A stretch of DNA of 44,091 bases from Thermomicrobiales bacterium (GCA_050999735.1 JBPCPB010000284.1:1-44091), one strand, 5' to 3'; counted from the first letter of the stretch, positions 17,152 to 26,636 are shown. Numbers and translations: made by a program. Notes: generated from the sequence alone by a model not told the origin.

Positions 17152-18231
17152 ATGGCTGCAGATCGTCCGAAGGTACTCCTCGTTTTCAATCAGCAGGTGT
17201 ACGACAGTTACTTTCGACCCGCCGATCGGGAGCGTCTCAGCCAGTTCGCCGACTGGGAGTGGCTGCCCATGGACGGCGGTCCTCGTTTCGGCGCGAACCC
17301 CGAACCGGCGGCGCGGGCACAACTCCTTGACAAAGTCCGCGATGTTGACGGGATCGTTATTTGCCACGGGTCGCCCCTGATCGATGCTGCGGTGATGGAC
17401 CGGGCACCTCGGCTGCGAATCATCGGCGAACTCGAGGGCGACCGCTTCGCCCAGCGCATTGATCTCGACGCGGCTTGGCAGCGGGGGATCCGGACAGTCG
17501 ATACGACCCATGGCTCATCGTACCCGGTCTCCGAATGGGCATTGGCGCTCATCCTCATTTCGTTACGGAACGCTGGCGAACATTTCCGGAAGATCATCGA
17601 GCATGAGATCTATGTGAAACCGACGACCGGCTGGATGCCATCACGGCTCGAGGGGAAGAAGGTCGGGCTGATCGGCGGAGGCTATATCGCCCGACGTCTT
17701 ATCACCTATCTCCAGCCGTTTCACTGTGACATCCGCGTCCACGATCCTTACCTGTCCAAGGTCATTCCAGAAATCATGGGCTTCTTGCTGACCACGCTCG
17801 ACTTCGTGTTCGCCGAGTCGGACATCGTCGTCTGCCTCGCGCCATTGACCCCCGCGACACGCCGGATGATCGGCCAGCGCGAGCTCGATTTGCTCCGGCC
17901 CGGTTCAGTCTTCGTCAATGTCTCACGTGGTGCGATCGTTGATCCTGACGCACTGATTAAACGCCTTCAGCGCGGCGATATCGTCGCCGGTCTCGACGTC
18001 TTCGACCCGGAGCCGATCCCGGCCGACAGCCCGATTAAGGACCTGCCCAATGTCTTCCTAACACCGCACATCGCCGGCTCGAACCGGGGGCTCGAGAGCT
18101 TCTTCACGTTGATGATTGACGAACTCGATCGCTGCTTCCATGGTCACGAGACACTCCATGATCTAACGCCGCAGACACGAGCGAACCGCACGGGCGCACC
18201 GCCACCGTCCGACTTCGAGATGAAGGGATGA
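17152..18231 (+). CDS. D-isomer-specific 2-hydroxyacid dehydrogenase family, NAD-binding
   Basis: GGAGG RBS at 17141-17145. Motifs GLIGGGYIARR (GxGxxG), VNVSRGAIVD and TPHIAG (catalytic His). Confidence 0.85.
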   Translation: MAADRPKVLLVFNQQVYDSYFRPADRERLSQFADWEWLPMDGGPRFGANPEPAARAQLLDKVRDVDGIVICHGSPLIDAAVMDRAPRLRIIGELEGDRFAQRIDLDAAWQRGIRTVDTTHGSSYPVSEWALALILISLRNAGEHFRKIIEHEIYVKPTTGWMPSRLEGKKVGLIGGGYIARRLITYLQPFHCDIRVHDPYLSKVIPEIMGFLLTTLDFVFAESDIVVCLAPLTPATRRMIGQRELDLLRPGSVFVNVSRGAIVDPDALIKRLQRGDIVAGLDVFDPEPIPADSPIKDLPNVFLTPHIAGSNRGLESFFTLMIDELDRCFHGHETLHDLTPQTRANRTGAPPPSDFEMKG

Positions 18232-18390
18232 TCTGAGCACTGACAACCCATGTTTCGCGCGCACGTAGTCGCATGAATCGCCATAGTGCATCGGTGTATT
18301 GCGAACAGATCCAGGCCGGGATGAACCGACTGCGTTGTTCTCTTGAGGATGGACGCACCATGCGGTGGAAGGAACGGTTGCACCGATCGA

Positions 18391-19305
18391 TTAGAAAACG
18401 GTGATCCCGAGCGCTTGCGCGGTCGTATCGAGGAATGCCTTGACGGCGGCGGTTTCCTCGACCGCGCAATGCTCGACGATGATGGGGAAGGACGGATCCA
18501 ACGCTTCCATCAGCCGGAAGAATGTCTGGTAGTCGAGGGTTCCGGTACCCGCCGACACCTCATCGAGATGGACCACCAGTCGGTCCGCGACTGTGACATC
18601 TTTCGCGTGCGCGCTCGCGATCCGCGGCCCGAGGATCGCGACCATTCGCTCCATCGCGGGGCCGGAGTTGTAGACGGTTTGCAGGTTCATCCAGTTCACG
18701 GGATCCCAATCGCACTTCACGAATGGTGAGCCGACCTCGTCGAGCACCAGCCGCATCGTTTCGGGCGAGTCGAGCGTGACAAGCTGATGGCCCTCCATAC
18801 TCAGGATGACGCCGTGCTCCTCCGCGACCGGCGCGCACTCTCGCAGCGTGCGGATCAGTTGCTGACGCGCCGTCGCTGTCCAGTTACCTGGATCGGGAAA
18901 CCACGGCCCGCGCGGACTCATGCTGCCGGGGCCAGTGTCGATACCACGCGCCCCGAGCCATCCGGCAACCTTGAGCGCAGCCTGCAAGGTGCGCGACGCC
19001 GCCCGTCGGCGCGCTTCGTCCGGATGGATCAGGCATTGCCAGTACCCCGTGCATTGGTACATCAGTAGTCCGTGCGCCTCGAGGACCGCGCGCGCCCGGA
19101 TGCACTGCTCACGCGTGGTTGTGTGCGGGTCATTCGCCCGGAACCGGCTGAAGACCCCCGAGAAGCCGAATGCCACGATCCGCCGCGCGAGGTCCTCGTC
19201 GACGTCGTCCATGTTGGTTGGGATAAGCTCCCCCGAAATGCCAAACCGCACCGGTCGCTCCTCTCTGGCGGGCGCATCACCCGCGCGTATGCCGCCATCT
19301 CGCAT
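18391..19305 (-). CDS. Xylose-isomerase-like TIM-barrel protein (third in window)
   Basis: Family blocks (GFSGVF, GARGIDTGPG, ILSMEGH, IASAHAKD). An alternative GTG start at 19251 has a better RBS (GAGAGGAG). Confidence 0.8.
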   Translation of the reverse strand: MRDGGIRAGDAPAREERPVRFGISGELIPTNMDDVDEDLARRIVAFGFSGVFSRFRANDPHTTTREQCIRARAVLEAHGLLMYQCTGYWQCLIHPDEARRRAASRTLQAALKVAGWLGARGIDTGPGSMSPRGPWFPDPGNWTATARQQLIRTLRECAPVAEEHGVILSMEGHQLVTLDSPETMRLVLDEVGSPFVKCDWDPVNWMNLQTVYNSGPAMERMVAILGPRIASAHAKDVTVADRLVVHLDEVSAGTGTLDYQTFFRLMEALDPSFPIIVEHCAVEETAAVKAFLDTTAQALGITVF

Positions 19306-19343
19306 GAGTTTTTCTCAAGGACAGCCCCGTACGCCAGCGAACG

Positions 19344-20180
19344 TCAGACTGTCACTTCCGCGATTGCCGTGGATCCCCCGTCGCTGCGGTATCCTCTGGC
19401 CTGCGACAGGGCCGTGGTCGCTTCCCGCAACAGATTCAATGCTTGCCGCTGCCGCTCCGCAGTGAAACGGACGGTCGGGATCGAGATACTGAGTGCGGCG
19501 ACGTACGTGCCCTTGTGATCCCGGATCGGCATCGCTGTACAACGGAGACCCCGGGTATATTCTTCATTGTCGAGCGCGTAGCCGCGCTTGCGGATGAACG
19601 CGAGTTCGGTACGTAGAGCCTCCTGATCACTGACGGTGCTCGGCGTGAACCGCTCCAGCGGCTGCGTCCCGAGCCGCCGGTCCAGTTCATCCGCAGACAG
19701 ACCGGCCAGTAAGGCTTTACCGAGCGCCGTCGCGTGCGCCTCCAGTCGCCGCCCGACCGCCGAGTCGAGCGTGAGATGCTGCGTGCCGTCCACCTTGGCA
19801 ATGTAGACGTTGTAGCGGCCGTCCAGCAGGGCAAGTTGCACTGTCTCGTTCATCGCGTCCCGGACATGTTCCATGTACGGTCGCGCTTGCTCGGCGATCG
19901 TGACCGCTCGCATGTAGACATTCCCGGCTTCCCATGTGCGGATGCCGAGGCGATACGCGTGCGTCGCCCCATCGAATTCGATCCACCCGCGATCGGCGAG
20001 CGTACGCAGCAGCCCATGTAAACTGGAACGCGGGTACGCGAGCACGCGGGCGATCTCACCGGATGTGAGCGCCCGCTCGCGATTCATCAGCAATTCGAGG
20101 ATCGCGAGCGCCCGCTGGGCGGATTTCACCCCGTCCTGTTTCGTTCCATCCGTGTCCCTCGGCATCGCTGACCCGTACAT
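19344..20180 (-). CDS. IclR-family transcriptional regulator
   Basis: N-terminal HTH (SAQRALAILELLMNRERALTSGEIARVLAYPRSSLHGLLRTL) plus an IclR effector domain. Alternative start at ATG 20165. Confidence 0.9.
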   Translation of the reverse strand: MYGSAMPRDTDGTKQDGVKSAQRALAILELLMNRERALTSGEIARVLAYPRSSLHGLLRTLADRGWIEFDGATHAYRLGIRTWEAGNVYMRAVTIAEQARPYMEHVRDAMNETVQLALLDGRYNVYIAKVDGTQHLTLDSAVGRRLEAHATALGKALLAGLSADELDRRLGTQPLERFTPSTVSDQEALRTELAFIRKRGYALDNEEYTRGLRCTAMPIRDHKGTYVAALSISIPTVRFTAERQRQALNLLREATTALSQARGYRSDGGSTAIAEVTV

Positions 20181-20206
20181 ACGCCTACTCGTGCACTCAC
20201 GACGAC

Positions 20207-20232
20207 CATGTGTTCACATATATGAATACATG
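20207..20232. promoter_or_regulatory. 26-bp imperfect palindrome, candidate IclR operator
   Basis: CATGTGTTCACATATATGAATACATG is self-complementary at 22/26 positions. It lies in the AT-rich divergent intergenic region. Confidence 0.4.
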
Positions 20233-20241
20233 TATCACTCA

Positions 20242-20270
20242 TTGAACAATCTCACAAACCGTGCTATAGT
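20242..20270 (+). promoter_or_regulatory. Candidate sigma70-type promoter for the SBP5 operon
   Basis: TTGAAC (20242-20247), 17-nt spacer, TATAGT (20265-20270). Confidence 0.45.
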
Positions 20271-20346
20271 GCAAGTCACTTCAGCAACGAGCGATCGTGT
20301 CCTCATCATGGTGAATGCGCCTTATGCAGTGGGGAAGGAGCCTGGA

Positions 20347-21918
20347 ATGGCGAGCGCCGAGTTTACCCCGTTCTCATTGTCCCGCCGTCGTTTCCTGCGC
20401 GTCGGAGCCGGTGCCGCCGGAACGATCATCAGCGGACCCGCCCTTCTGGCGTTCCTCACCGCGTGCGGCCAGACGGCGAGCGGCGGGAAGAAACTAACAT
20501 GGGCACGCGGCGACGACCTGCGCACGCAGGACCCGCAGGAGATCTCCGGGCTGATGGAGGGGACGATCTCGCGGCTGATGTATGACCCGCTCATTGATAC
20601 TGATGAAACCGGCAAACAGGTGGCGGCGCTTGCGACGAAGTGGGAGACCGCTCCGGACGGGAAGGCATACACCTTCACATTGCGGCAGGGGGTGAAGTTC
20701 CACGACGGCACTCCCTTCACCGCCGACGCCGTGAAATTCACCTTTGACCGGCTGCTCGCGAACCCGACGCTGCAGCACGCGGCGGTCTGGAAAGACCAAC
20801 TAAGCGACGTGATCGTGAAGGATCCGTTCACCGTCGTCTTCACGCTGAAGAACCCGAGCCCGGGATTGATCACGCAGTTCGGCGAGCCGATCCTCGCCCA
20901 GAATGCGAAGGAGAAGTACGGGGAGCGTTTCTACGAGAAGGGAATCGGCACGGGACCGTTCAAGTACGTCGAGTGGCGCAAGAATGATCATTGGACCGGC
21001 GACGCAAACAAGGATTACTGGGATAAGGGCGCCGTCAAGCTCGATCGTATCATCTTTCGCTCCATCACCGAGGAGGCGACGCGGCTCGCCGCCCTCCGCT
21101 CCGGCGAGGTGGACCTCGTGGACAGCCTGAGCGGCGACCAGGCCACCGATCTCGGCAAGGATCCGAATATCGTCATCGCGCGCACGCCAGCGACCGACAC
21201 AATTCATCTGACGTATAATTTCCGCCGCCCGCCGTTCACGAACCATGATGCCCGCCTCGCCGTCGCGTACGCGATCGACAAGAACCAGATCGTGCAAAAC
21301 ATTCTCAAGTCGGGCCAACTCGTGGGCGCGCCGATCCCACCTGGCGTCGTCGGGTTCGACGCAGAGTTGACCAAGGCAGTGATACCGTACGACCCCGACA
21401 AGGCGCGCGCGCTCCTGAAATCGGCGGGTGTCGCACCGGGCACAAAGATCGAGTTCAAGCTCAACCCGGCCTTCTTCGCCAAGATGACGGAGGTGTCGCA
21501 GTTTGTCTCCGATCAGCTGCGCGCGGTCGGGTTCACGGTGGATATGCAATACCTCGAGCCAGGCGCCTTCACCGAGGCGCGCAAGAGCGGCAATTTCGAC
21601 CTCGCTGTCCAGCAGGGCAATAAGTTCCCCGACCCGGATGCGAACTATACGGTCCTCGTGATCGCAGAGTCGTTTGGCCTCTTCTACAAAGAGGTGAGGC
21701 CGGAGATTGTCTCGTTGCTCACCTCTGCACGGTCGGAACTCGACCCGAGCAAGCGCGACGCGCTGTATAAGCAGGTTCAGCACATGATGTACGACGACAT
21801 GGCGGAGCTCATTCTCTACCGGCAGGAATACATCTGGGGCGTCCGCAAGCGCGTGACTGGCTTCAAGGCGCGGACGGATTACCAGACACGCGTCTTCACG
21901 TGCGACGTGAGCGGTTAG
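20347..21918 (+). CDS. ABC transporter substrate-binding lipoprotein, SBP family 5 (Opp/Dpp-type), Tat signal
   Basis: GGAAGGAG RBS. Signal SRRRFLRVGAGAAG...LTAC G. Family 5 blocks (FHDGTPFTADAVKFTFDR). The N-terminal 137 codons of tracked ORF 19936..21918 overlap iclR and are rejected. Confidence 0.9.
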   Translation: MASAEFTPFSLSRRRFLRVGAGAAGTIISGPALLAFLTACGQTASGGKKLTWARGDDLRTQDPQEISGLMEGTISRLMYDPLIDTDETGKQVAALATKWETAPDGKAYTFTLRQGVKFHDGTPFTADAVKFTFDRLLANPTLQHAAVWKDQLSDVIVKDPFTVVFTLKNPSPGLITQFGEPILAQNAKEKYGERFYEKGIGTGPFKYVEWRKNDHWTGDANKDYWDKGAVKLDRIIFRSITEEATRLAALRSGEVDLVDSLSGDQATDLGKDPNIVIARTPATDTIHLTYNFRRPPFTNHDARLAVAYAIDKNQIVQNILKSGQLVGAPIPPGVVGFDAELTKAVIPYDPDKARALLKSAGVAPGTKIEFKLNPAFFAKMTEVSQFVSDQLRAVGFTVDMQYLEPGAFTEARKSGNFDLAVQQGNKFPDPDANYTVLVIAESFGLFYKEVRPEIVSLLTSARSELDPSKRDALYKQVQHMMYDDMAELILYRQEYIWGVRKRVTGFKARTDYQTRVFTCDVSG

Positions 21919-21923
21919 GCGGG

Positions 21924-22844
21924 ATGCTGGCCTATATCACGCGCCGCTGCGCGCAGGCGCTGCTGGTCATCGTTGGTGTGTCGGTCGTTGTCTTCTTTCT
22001 CGCGCGCCTGGCGCCGAGTGACCCCGTGACGCTGATGCTCTCGGAGACCGCTTCCCCACAGCAAATCGTCGAGGCGCGCCACTATTACGGCTTTGACCGG
22101 CCAATCCCTTACCAATACTGGCTCTTCGTCAGTCGTGCGGCGCGCGGCAACCTCGGCGACTCGCTGTATTACAAGCAGCCCGCCTTTAACGTGGTTATGG
22201 AGGCATTCCCGGAGACCCTCAAGCTCGCCTTTGTTGCCTTCCTGATCGCCATCGCCGTCGCGATCCCGCTCGGAATCCTCGCTGCGGTGAAGCGGGACAC
22301 GCTCTGGGATTATCTGGCGGTCGGCGTGGCGGTCCTCGGCCAAGCCGCGCCGCCGTACTGGATCGGCATCGTGCTCATCCTGATCTTCGCGGTGCGGTTG
22401 CGGCTCTTACCGACCTCCGGCAACGACGGGCCCGACGCCATCATCCTCCCGGCTGTCACGCTCGCTGCCGCGCTGATGGCAGTCCTCGCGCGGCTCACGC
22501 GGGCGGGGATGCTCGATGTGCTTAATGAGGACTTCATCCGAACCGCGCGGGCGAAGGGGGTCCGTGAGCGTTCGGTGCTCTACCGGCACGCGCTGCGCAA
22601 CGTGCTGATTCCTCTTGTAACGGTGATGGGCTTGCAACTCGGCGCGCTGCTCGGCGGGGCGGTGATCATCGAGCAGGTCTTCGCCTGGCCCGGCGTCGGC
22701 AGGCTGGCCGTGACCGCGATCACCGCGCGCGATTACCCGATTATTCAGGCGGTGGTGCTGCTTGTCTCGTGCGTGTTCGTCGTTGTCAACCTCGCGGTGG
22801 ACTTGCTCTATGGCTTCCTCGACCCACGCATCCGCTACCAATAG
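21924..22844 (+). CDS. ABC transporter permease (DppB/OppB-like)
   Basis: N-terminus MLAYITRRCAQALLVIVGVS. Blocks DFIRTARAKG and YPIIQAVVLL. Confidence 0.9.
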   Translation: MLAYITRRCAQALLVIVGVSVVVFFLARLAPSDPVTLMLSETASPQQIVEARHYYGFDRPIPYQYWLFVSRAARGNLGDSLYYKQPAFNVVMEAFPETLKLAFVAFLIAIAVAIPLGILAAVKRDTLWDYLAVGVAVLGQAAPPYWIGIVLILIFAVRLRLLPTSGNDGPDAIILPAVTLAAALMAVLARLTRAGMLDVLNEDFIRTARAKGVRERSVLYRHALRNVLIPLVTVMGLQLGALLGGAVIIEQVFAWPGVGRLAVTAITARDYPIIQAVVLLVSCVFVVVNLAVDLLYGFLDPRIRYQ

Positions 22845-22855
22845 GAGGGCAATGA

Positions 22856-23749
22856 ATGGCTGTGCGCGCGGAAGCGCTCTCCCTCTCCCAGGAACATCGT
22901 ATCGTAGAACCATCGGTCTGGCACCGGTTCGCCGCGAACCGACGCATTCGCTTCGGGGCGACACTCCTCGCGGTGATCGTCTTTGCGGCGCTCGCCGCGC
23001 CACTCCTCGCCCACGCGAATCCGCGCACGCCGCATCCCGAACTCAACAATCATCCGCCTCTCTCCACCGCCGGCCGATTCGCGCTTCTAGGCACGGATTC
23101 GCTCGGCCGAGACATCTGGAGCCGCATCCTCTACGGCGCGCGTGTCTCGCTCCTGACCGGCGTCGCGGCGGCGAGCGTCGCGCTCGTCATCGGCATTCCC
23201 TTCGGGTTACTCGCGGGCTTCTTCGGTGGCGCGGCGGACACGATCATCATGCGGTGGGTCGATATCCAACTGGCGATCCCGTTCTTCTTGCTCGCTATCA
23301 CGATTGCCGCGCTCTTCGGGCCAGGGCTCTTCAACGTGATCGCACTGCTCGGCGTGACGAACTGGGTCGGCTACACACGCGTCGCACGCGCGCAGGTCTT
23401 GCAGGTCCGCGAACTGCCGTACGTCGAGGCGGCGCGGTCGGTCGGCGCCGATTCGCGGACCGTTCTCCTTCGGCATGTGCTGCCGAACATCTGGACGCCG
23501 ATCCTGATTCTCGCCAGCCAGCAGATCGGCGCGCTGATCATCGCGGAATCCTCGCTCACGTTCCTCGGCATTGGCGTCCCGCCGGAGATTCCGACGTGGG
23601 GCGGCATGATTGCGAACGGGCGCAGCTACCTCAGCACTGCGTGGTGGATCTCCACGGTGCCAGGGATCGCACTGACGCTCACGGTGGTCGCGGTTTACTT
23701 CGTCGGCGACGGGATGCGCGATGTGCTCGACCCGCGCCTCAAACGATGA
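22856..23749 (+). CDS. ABC transporter permease (DppC/OppC-like)
   Basis: Blocks GTDSLGRDIWSRILYGARVSL, YVEAARSVGA and WGGMI. Confidence 0.9.
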   Translation: MAVRAEALSLSQEHRIVEPSVWHRFAANRRIRFGATLLAVIVFAALAAPLLAHANPRTPHPELNNHPPLSTAGRFALLGTDSLGRDIWSRILYGARVSLLTGVAAASVALVIGIPFGLLAGFFGGAADTIIMRWVDIQLAIPFFLLAITIAALFGPGLFNVIALLGVTNWVGYTRVARAQVLQVRELPYVEAARSVGADSRTVLLRHVLPNIWTPILILASQQIGALIIAESSLTFLGIGVPPEIPTWGGMIANGRSYLSTAWWISTVPGIALTLTVVAVYFVGDGMRDVLDPRLKR

Positions 23750-23804
23750 CGCGGATGGCAATGGCAATGAATGACGCCGTTTGAGATTCAGAGAGGGTGC
23801 GGAC

Positions 23805-24575
23805 ATGGTCTGTCAGCGTTTCACCGGCAAAGTTGCCATCGTTACGGGATCATCGCGGGGAATCGGCAGAGCCATCGCCCTCGAACTGGCGGAGGAGGGG
23901 GCCGCCGTGATCGTCAATCATCTCGCCGATGAGGCTGCGGCCGAAATGGTGGTCGGTGAGATCGTCGCCGGTGGCGGACGTGCGCTCACATGTGACGCGG
24001 ACGTCGGCGATCGCGTGCAGGCCGAAGCAATGGTCGCGCGAACCTTGGAACGGTTCGGTCGCCTCGATGTCCTGGTGAACAACGCCGGGATCTGCCCGTT
24101 CAGCGATTTCTTCGCGATTACTGACGAGATATGGGAACGTACGCTGCGCACAAATCTCTACGGCCCGTTCGTGATGTGCCAGGCTGCGGCCCGACCGATG
24201 GCGGAGCAGGGGAACGGGGCGATCGTCAATATCTCGAGCGTCTCCAGCTACATCGGTAGCGCGACGCAGGTGCATTACTGCGCCACGAAGGCGGGGGTGA
24301 ACGGCCTCACCGCCTCGATGGCGGTCGCGCTCGGCCCGCTGGGAATTCGCGTGAACGCGTTGCTCCCCGGTGGCGTTCACACGGACATCAATCGCGATCA
24401 ATGGGAAGGCAAACCGGAAACACCCCCTGGTCTGCCGATCGATCGCATTGGCCTGCCCAAAGATATGGCCCGCGCGGTGTGCTACCTGGCGTCCGACGAC
24501 GCCGCATGGGTGACGGGTACCCTGCTACCCGTCGATGGCGGGACAACGGTAACGCCACGGCGCGTTACCCGATAG
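23805..24575 (+). CDS. Classical short-chain dehydrogenase/reductase (candidate L-rhamnose 1-dehydrogenase or 2-keto-3-deoxy-acid 4-dehydrogenase)
   Basis: Motifs TGSSRGIGRAIA, NNAG and YCATKAG (YxxxK). The specific role is only inferred from neighbours. Confidence 0.85.
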   Translation: MVCQRFTGKVAIVTGSSRGIGRAIALELAEEGAAVIVNHLADEAAAEMVVGEIVAGGGRALTCDADVGDRVQAEAMVARTLERFGRLDVLVNNAGICPFSDFFAITDEIWERTLRTNLYGPFVMCQAAARPMAEQGNGAIVNISSVSSYIGSATQVHYCATKAGVNGLTASMAVALGPLGIRVNALLPGGVHTDINRDQWEGKPETPPGLPIDRIGLPKDMARAVCYLASDDAAWVTGTLLPVDGGTTVTPRRVTR

Positions 24576-24593
24576 GTCATAGAGGAGGATCTC

Positions 24594-25760
24594 GTGAAGA
24601 TCGTTGACATACGCGCCATGCGCCTCGCCATGCCACCTCGTCAACAGTCGGAGACGCCGCCGCGTCGCGCCCCGTGGTCGAAGGACGCGGAGGTCGCCAA
24701 TCCGATGTCGCGCTATCCGAAGGTAAAGCGGCACCGCAGCCTGTGGACGCCGGGCTGGGAGAATGTCTGGTGCAAGGTGACCGCCGAGGATGGCACCTGG
24801 GGCATCGGCATGACGAGCAACGGTCGCGCCGTAGCCGCAGTGATTGACGATCACCTGGCACGACAGTTGGTCGGGGAGGACTGCTTCGCGGGCGAGAAAC
24901 TGGCGGACATGATGTTCCGCCTCACCAAGCCGTACGGCTCGACGGGGCTGGCGTCATATGCGATCAGCGCGGTCGATCTCGCGCTCTGGGACCTGCGCGG
25001 CAAACTCCTCGGTCAACCAGTCTATCAACTCCTCGGCGGCCCGCAGAAAGAGCGCCTCTTTTGCTATGCCACCGGCAACGACGTGGACTGGTATCAGGAA
25101 CTCGGCTACCGCGCCTTCAAACTTGCCTGTCCCTATGGTCCTGCCGACGGGCTTGACGGCATCACAAAGAACGTCGAGTTCGTCGCTGCTGCACGGGAAC
25201 AGATCGGTGACGACTGTGAATTGATGCTCGATTGTTGGATGGCGTTCGATGTAGAGTACACCGTCCGGCTCGCGGAGGCCCTCCGTCCCTACCGGCTCAA
25301 GTGGATGGAAGAATGTCTGATCCCTGAAGATTTCGATGCCCATCTCGCCCTGCGCGCGCGTTTGCCGTGGCAGACGTTGACGACGGGCGAACACTGGTAC
25401 ACCCATGTGCCCTTTCAGTGGGCCGCGAGCCATCGTGTGGTCGACATCCTGCAGCCGGACATCAACTGGTGCGGTGGGATGAGCACCTGCAGGAAAATCG
25501 CTGCGATGGCGGATGCGGCGGGTCTCAGCGTCATGCTACATGCCGGCGGCAACACGGTGTTCGGGCAGCACTTCAGTTACGCGACGGCCTGTGTGCCGTG
25601 GCTGGAAACGTTCGTTGGTACGCCGCCGGGAGTGCCGTTAGACGAGGGGTGGACGCTGCCCGGCCAGGCGGCGCCCAAGGATGGCTGGCTGATACCGAGC
25701 GATGCGCCGGGGTTCGGATTGGAGATTCCGGTGGACTGGTTCACGCCGTTCTTCGCGTAG
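24594..25760 (+). CDS. Enolase-superfamily acid-sugar dehydratase, L-rhamnonate dehydratase-like
   Basis: GAGGAGG RBS and GTG start. Blocks recalled from RhmD/YfaW-type enzymes: ANPMSRYP, VDLALWDLRGKLLGQPVYQLLGG, LMLDCWMAFDV, LKWMEECL, TGEHW, QPDINWCGG. Confidence 0.75.
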   Translation: MKIVDIRAMRLAMPPRQQSETPPRRAPWSKDAEVANPMSRYPKVKRHRSLWTPGWENVWCKVTAEDGTWGIGMTSNGRAVAAVIDDHLARQLVGEDCFAGEKLADMMFRLTKPYGSTGLASYAISAVDLALWDLRGKLLGQPVYQLLGGPQKERLFCYATGNDVDWYQELGYRAFKLACPYGPADGLDGITKNVEFVAAAREQIGDDCELMLDCWMAFDVEYTVRLAEALRPYRLKWMEECLIPEDFDAHLALRARLPWQTLTTGEHWYTHVPFQWAASHRVVDILQPDINWCGGMSTCRKIAAMADAAGLSVMLHAGGNTVFGQHFSYATACVPWLETFVGTPPGVPLDEGWTLPGQAAPKDGWLIPSDAPGFGLEIPVDWFTPFFA

Positions 25761-25790
25761 CGCAACGCTCTTGGAGGTATGGGGCCGCAG

Positions 25791-26636
25791 TCATGTGGCT
25801 GCACGTTGAGAGAGTAGGTCATGGAGGCTGCCGCCGAGGATACGGGCTTTGTCGGACTCCGGGATGAAGTCACAATGCACGCGGACGGCCTCGAGGGCAT
25901 GCTGATACGTACTCGCGCGCCGCACGACGGGATAGTCGGATCCCCAGTGCAGACGCTCGGGACCGAAATGCTCGTATAGCGCCCGAACGATCGGGGCGCA
26001 ATCGGCATAGGGATATTCCCAGGCGACGCGGGAGACGTAGTGGAAGCCGGAAAGCTTGATGTGGATATTGGGCCGTGACGCCGAGGCGAGGATCTCGCTG
26101 AGTGGCGTGGTGGTCGATGCGACCCGCGCACCGGCCATGTGATGGCAGAGAAAGGGGACACTTGAACAGCGCCGTGCAAGCTCGCGCAGCACGGGTTGGA
26201 GATGCACTGGCAGCGACAAGCTGACGATCAGATTACACTCGGCCGCCTGTTCAAAGAAGCCCGACCCTTCACCGGAGAGTAGCCACGTGCCATCGTCGTC
26301 GGCGCGGACATAGTGCGTAAAGCCCTTTAGGTTGTAGGCGGCCGCCGCCGATGAGAGCCGCGCGGCCGCACCTGACGTGTGATAGGTCGATGTCCAGTGG
26401 CTATCGACATCGGCAAACTGGTGCAGACGGCCGGGATACCGCTGCACGCATTCCGCGACATAGTCGTTGTTATCCGGGTTGTGATCGATGCAGGCACAAA
26501 CAATGACCGCTTGAGCGACGCCGTGTTGCTCCATCTCGAACAGAAGTTGCTCGATCGTCGCGCGGCTGGACGGATCGGGCACCGGTGGTTGGTAGGGCCA
26601 CATCCGCCATGCGTGGCAGTGCGCGTCGATGATCAT
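25791..26636 (-). CDS. Amidohydrolase_2-family protein with canonical HxH motif (sugar lactonase-like, LRA2 / fuconolactonase type)
   Basis: Start MIIDAHCHAW with a GGGAGGGA RBS. C-terminal GSDYPV block. The longer tracked ORF (to 26705) lacks an RBS. Confidence 0.75.
   Translation of the reverse strand: MIIDAHCHAWRMWPYQPPVPDPSSRATIEQLLFEMEQHGVAQAVIVCACIDHNPDNNDYVAECVQRYPGRLHQFADVDSHWTSTYHTSGAAARLSSAAAAYNLKGFTHYVRADDDGTWLLSGEGSGFFEQAAECNLIVSLSLPVHLQPVLRELARRCSSVPFLCHHMAGARVASTTTPLSEILASASRPNIHIKLSGFHYVSRVAWEYPYADCAPIVRALYEHFGPERLHWGSDYPVVRRASTYQHALEAVRVHCDFIPESDKARILGGSLHDLLSQRAAT

Noticed and set aside
19936-20346. N-terminal extension of the SBP5 ORF, reaching back over the iclR gene and the promoter region
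   Set aside because: It overlaps iclR on the opposite strand and crosses the AT-rich promoter region. A GGAAGGAG RBS and a Tat signal peptide begin at ATG 20347.
20800-21783. 327-aa antisense ORF inside the family 5 SBP gene. Similar long antisense or alternate-frame ORFs occur at 27416-28468, 31372-32190, 32335-33045, 34412-35167, 40268-41284, 42924-43832 and 22762-23784.
   Set aside because: All of them overlap genes with strong family motifs on the other strand or frame. They have Arg/Ala/Gly-biased low-complexity translations and lack RBSs, so I treat them as compositional artefacts.
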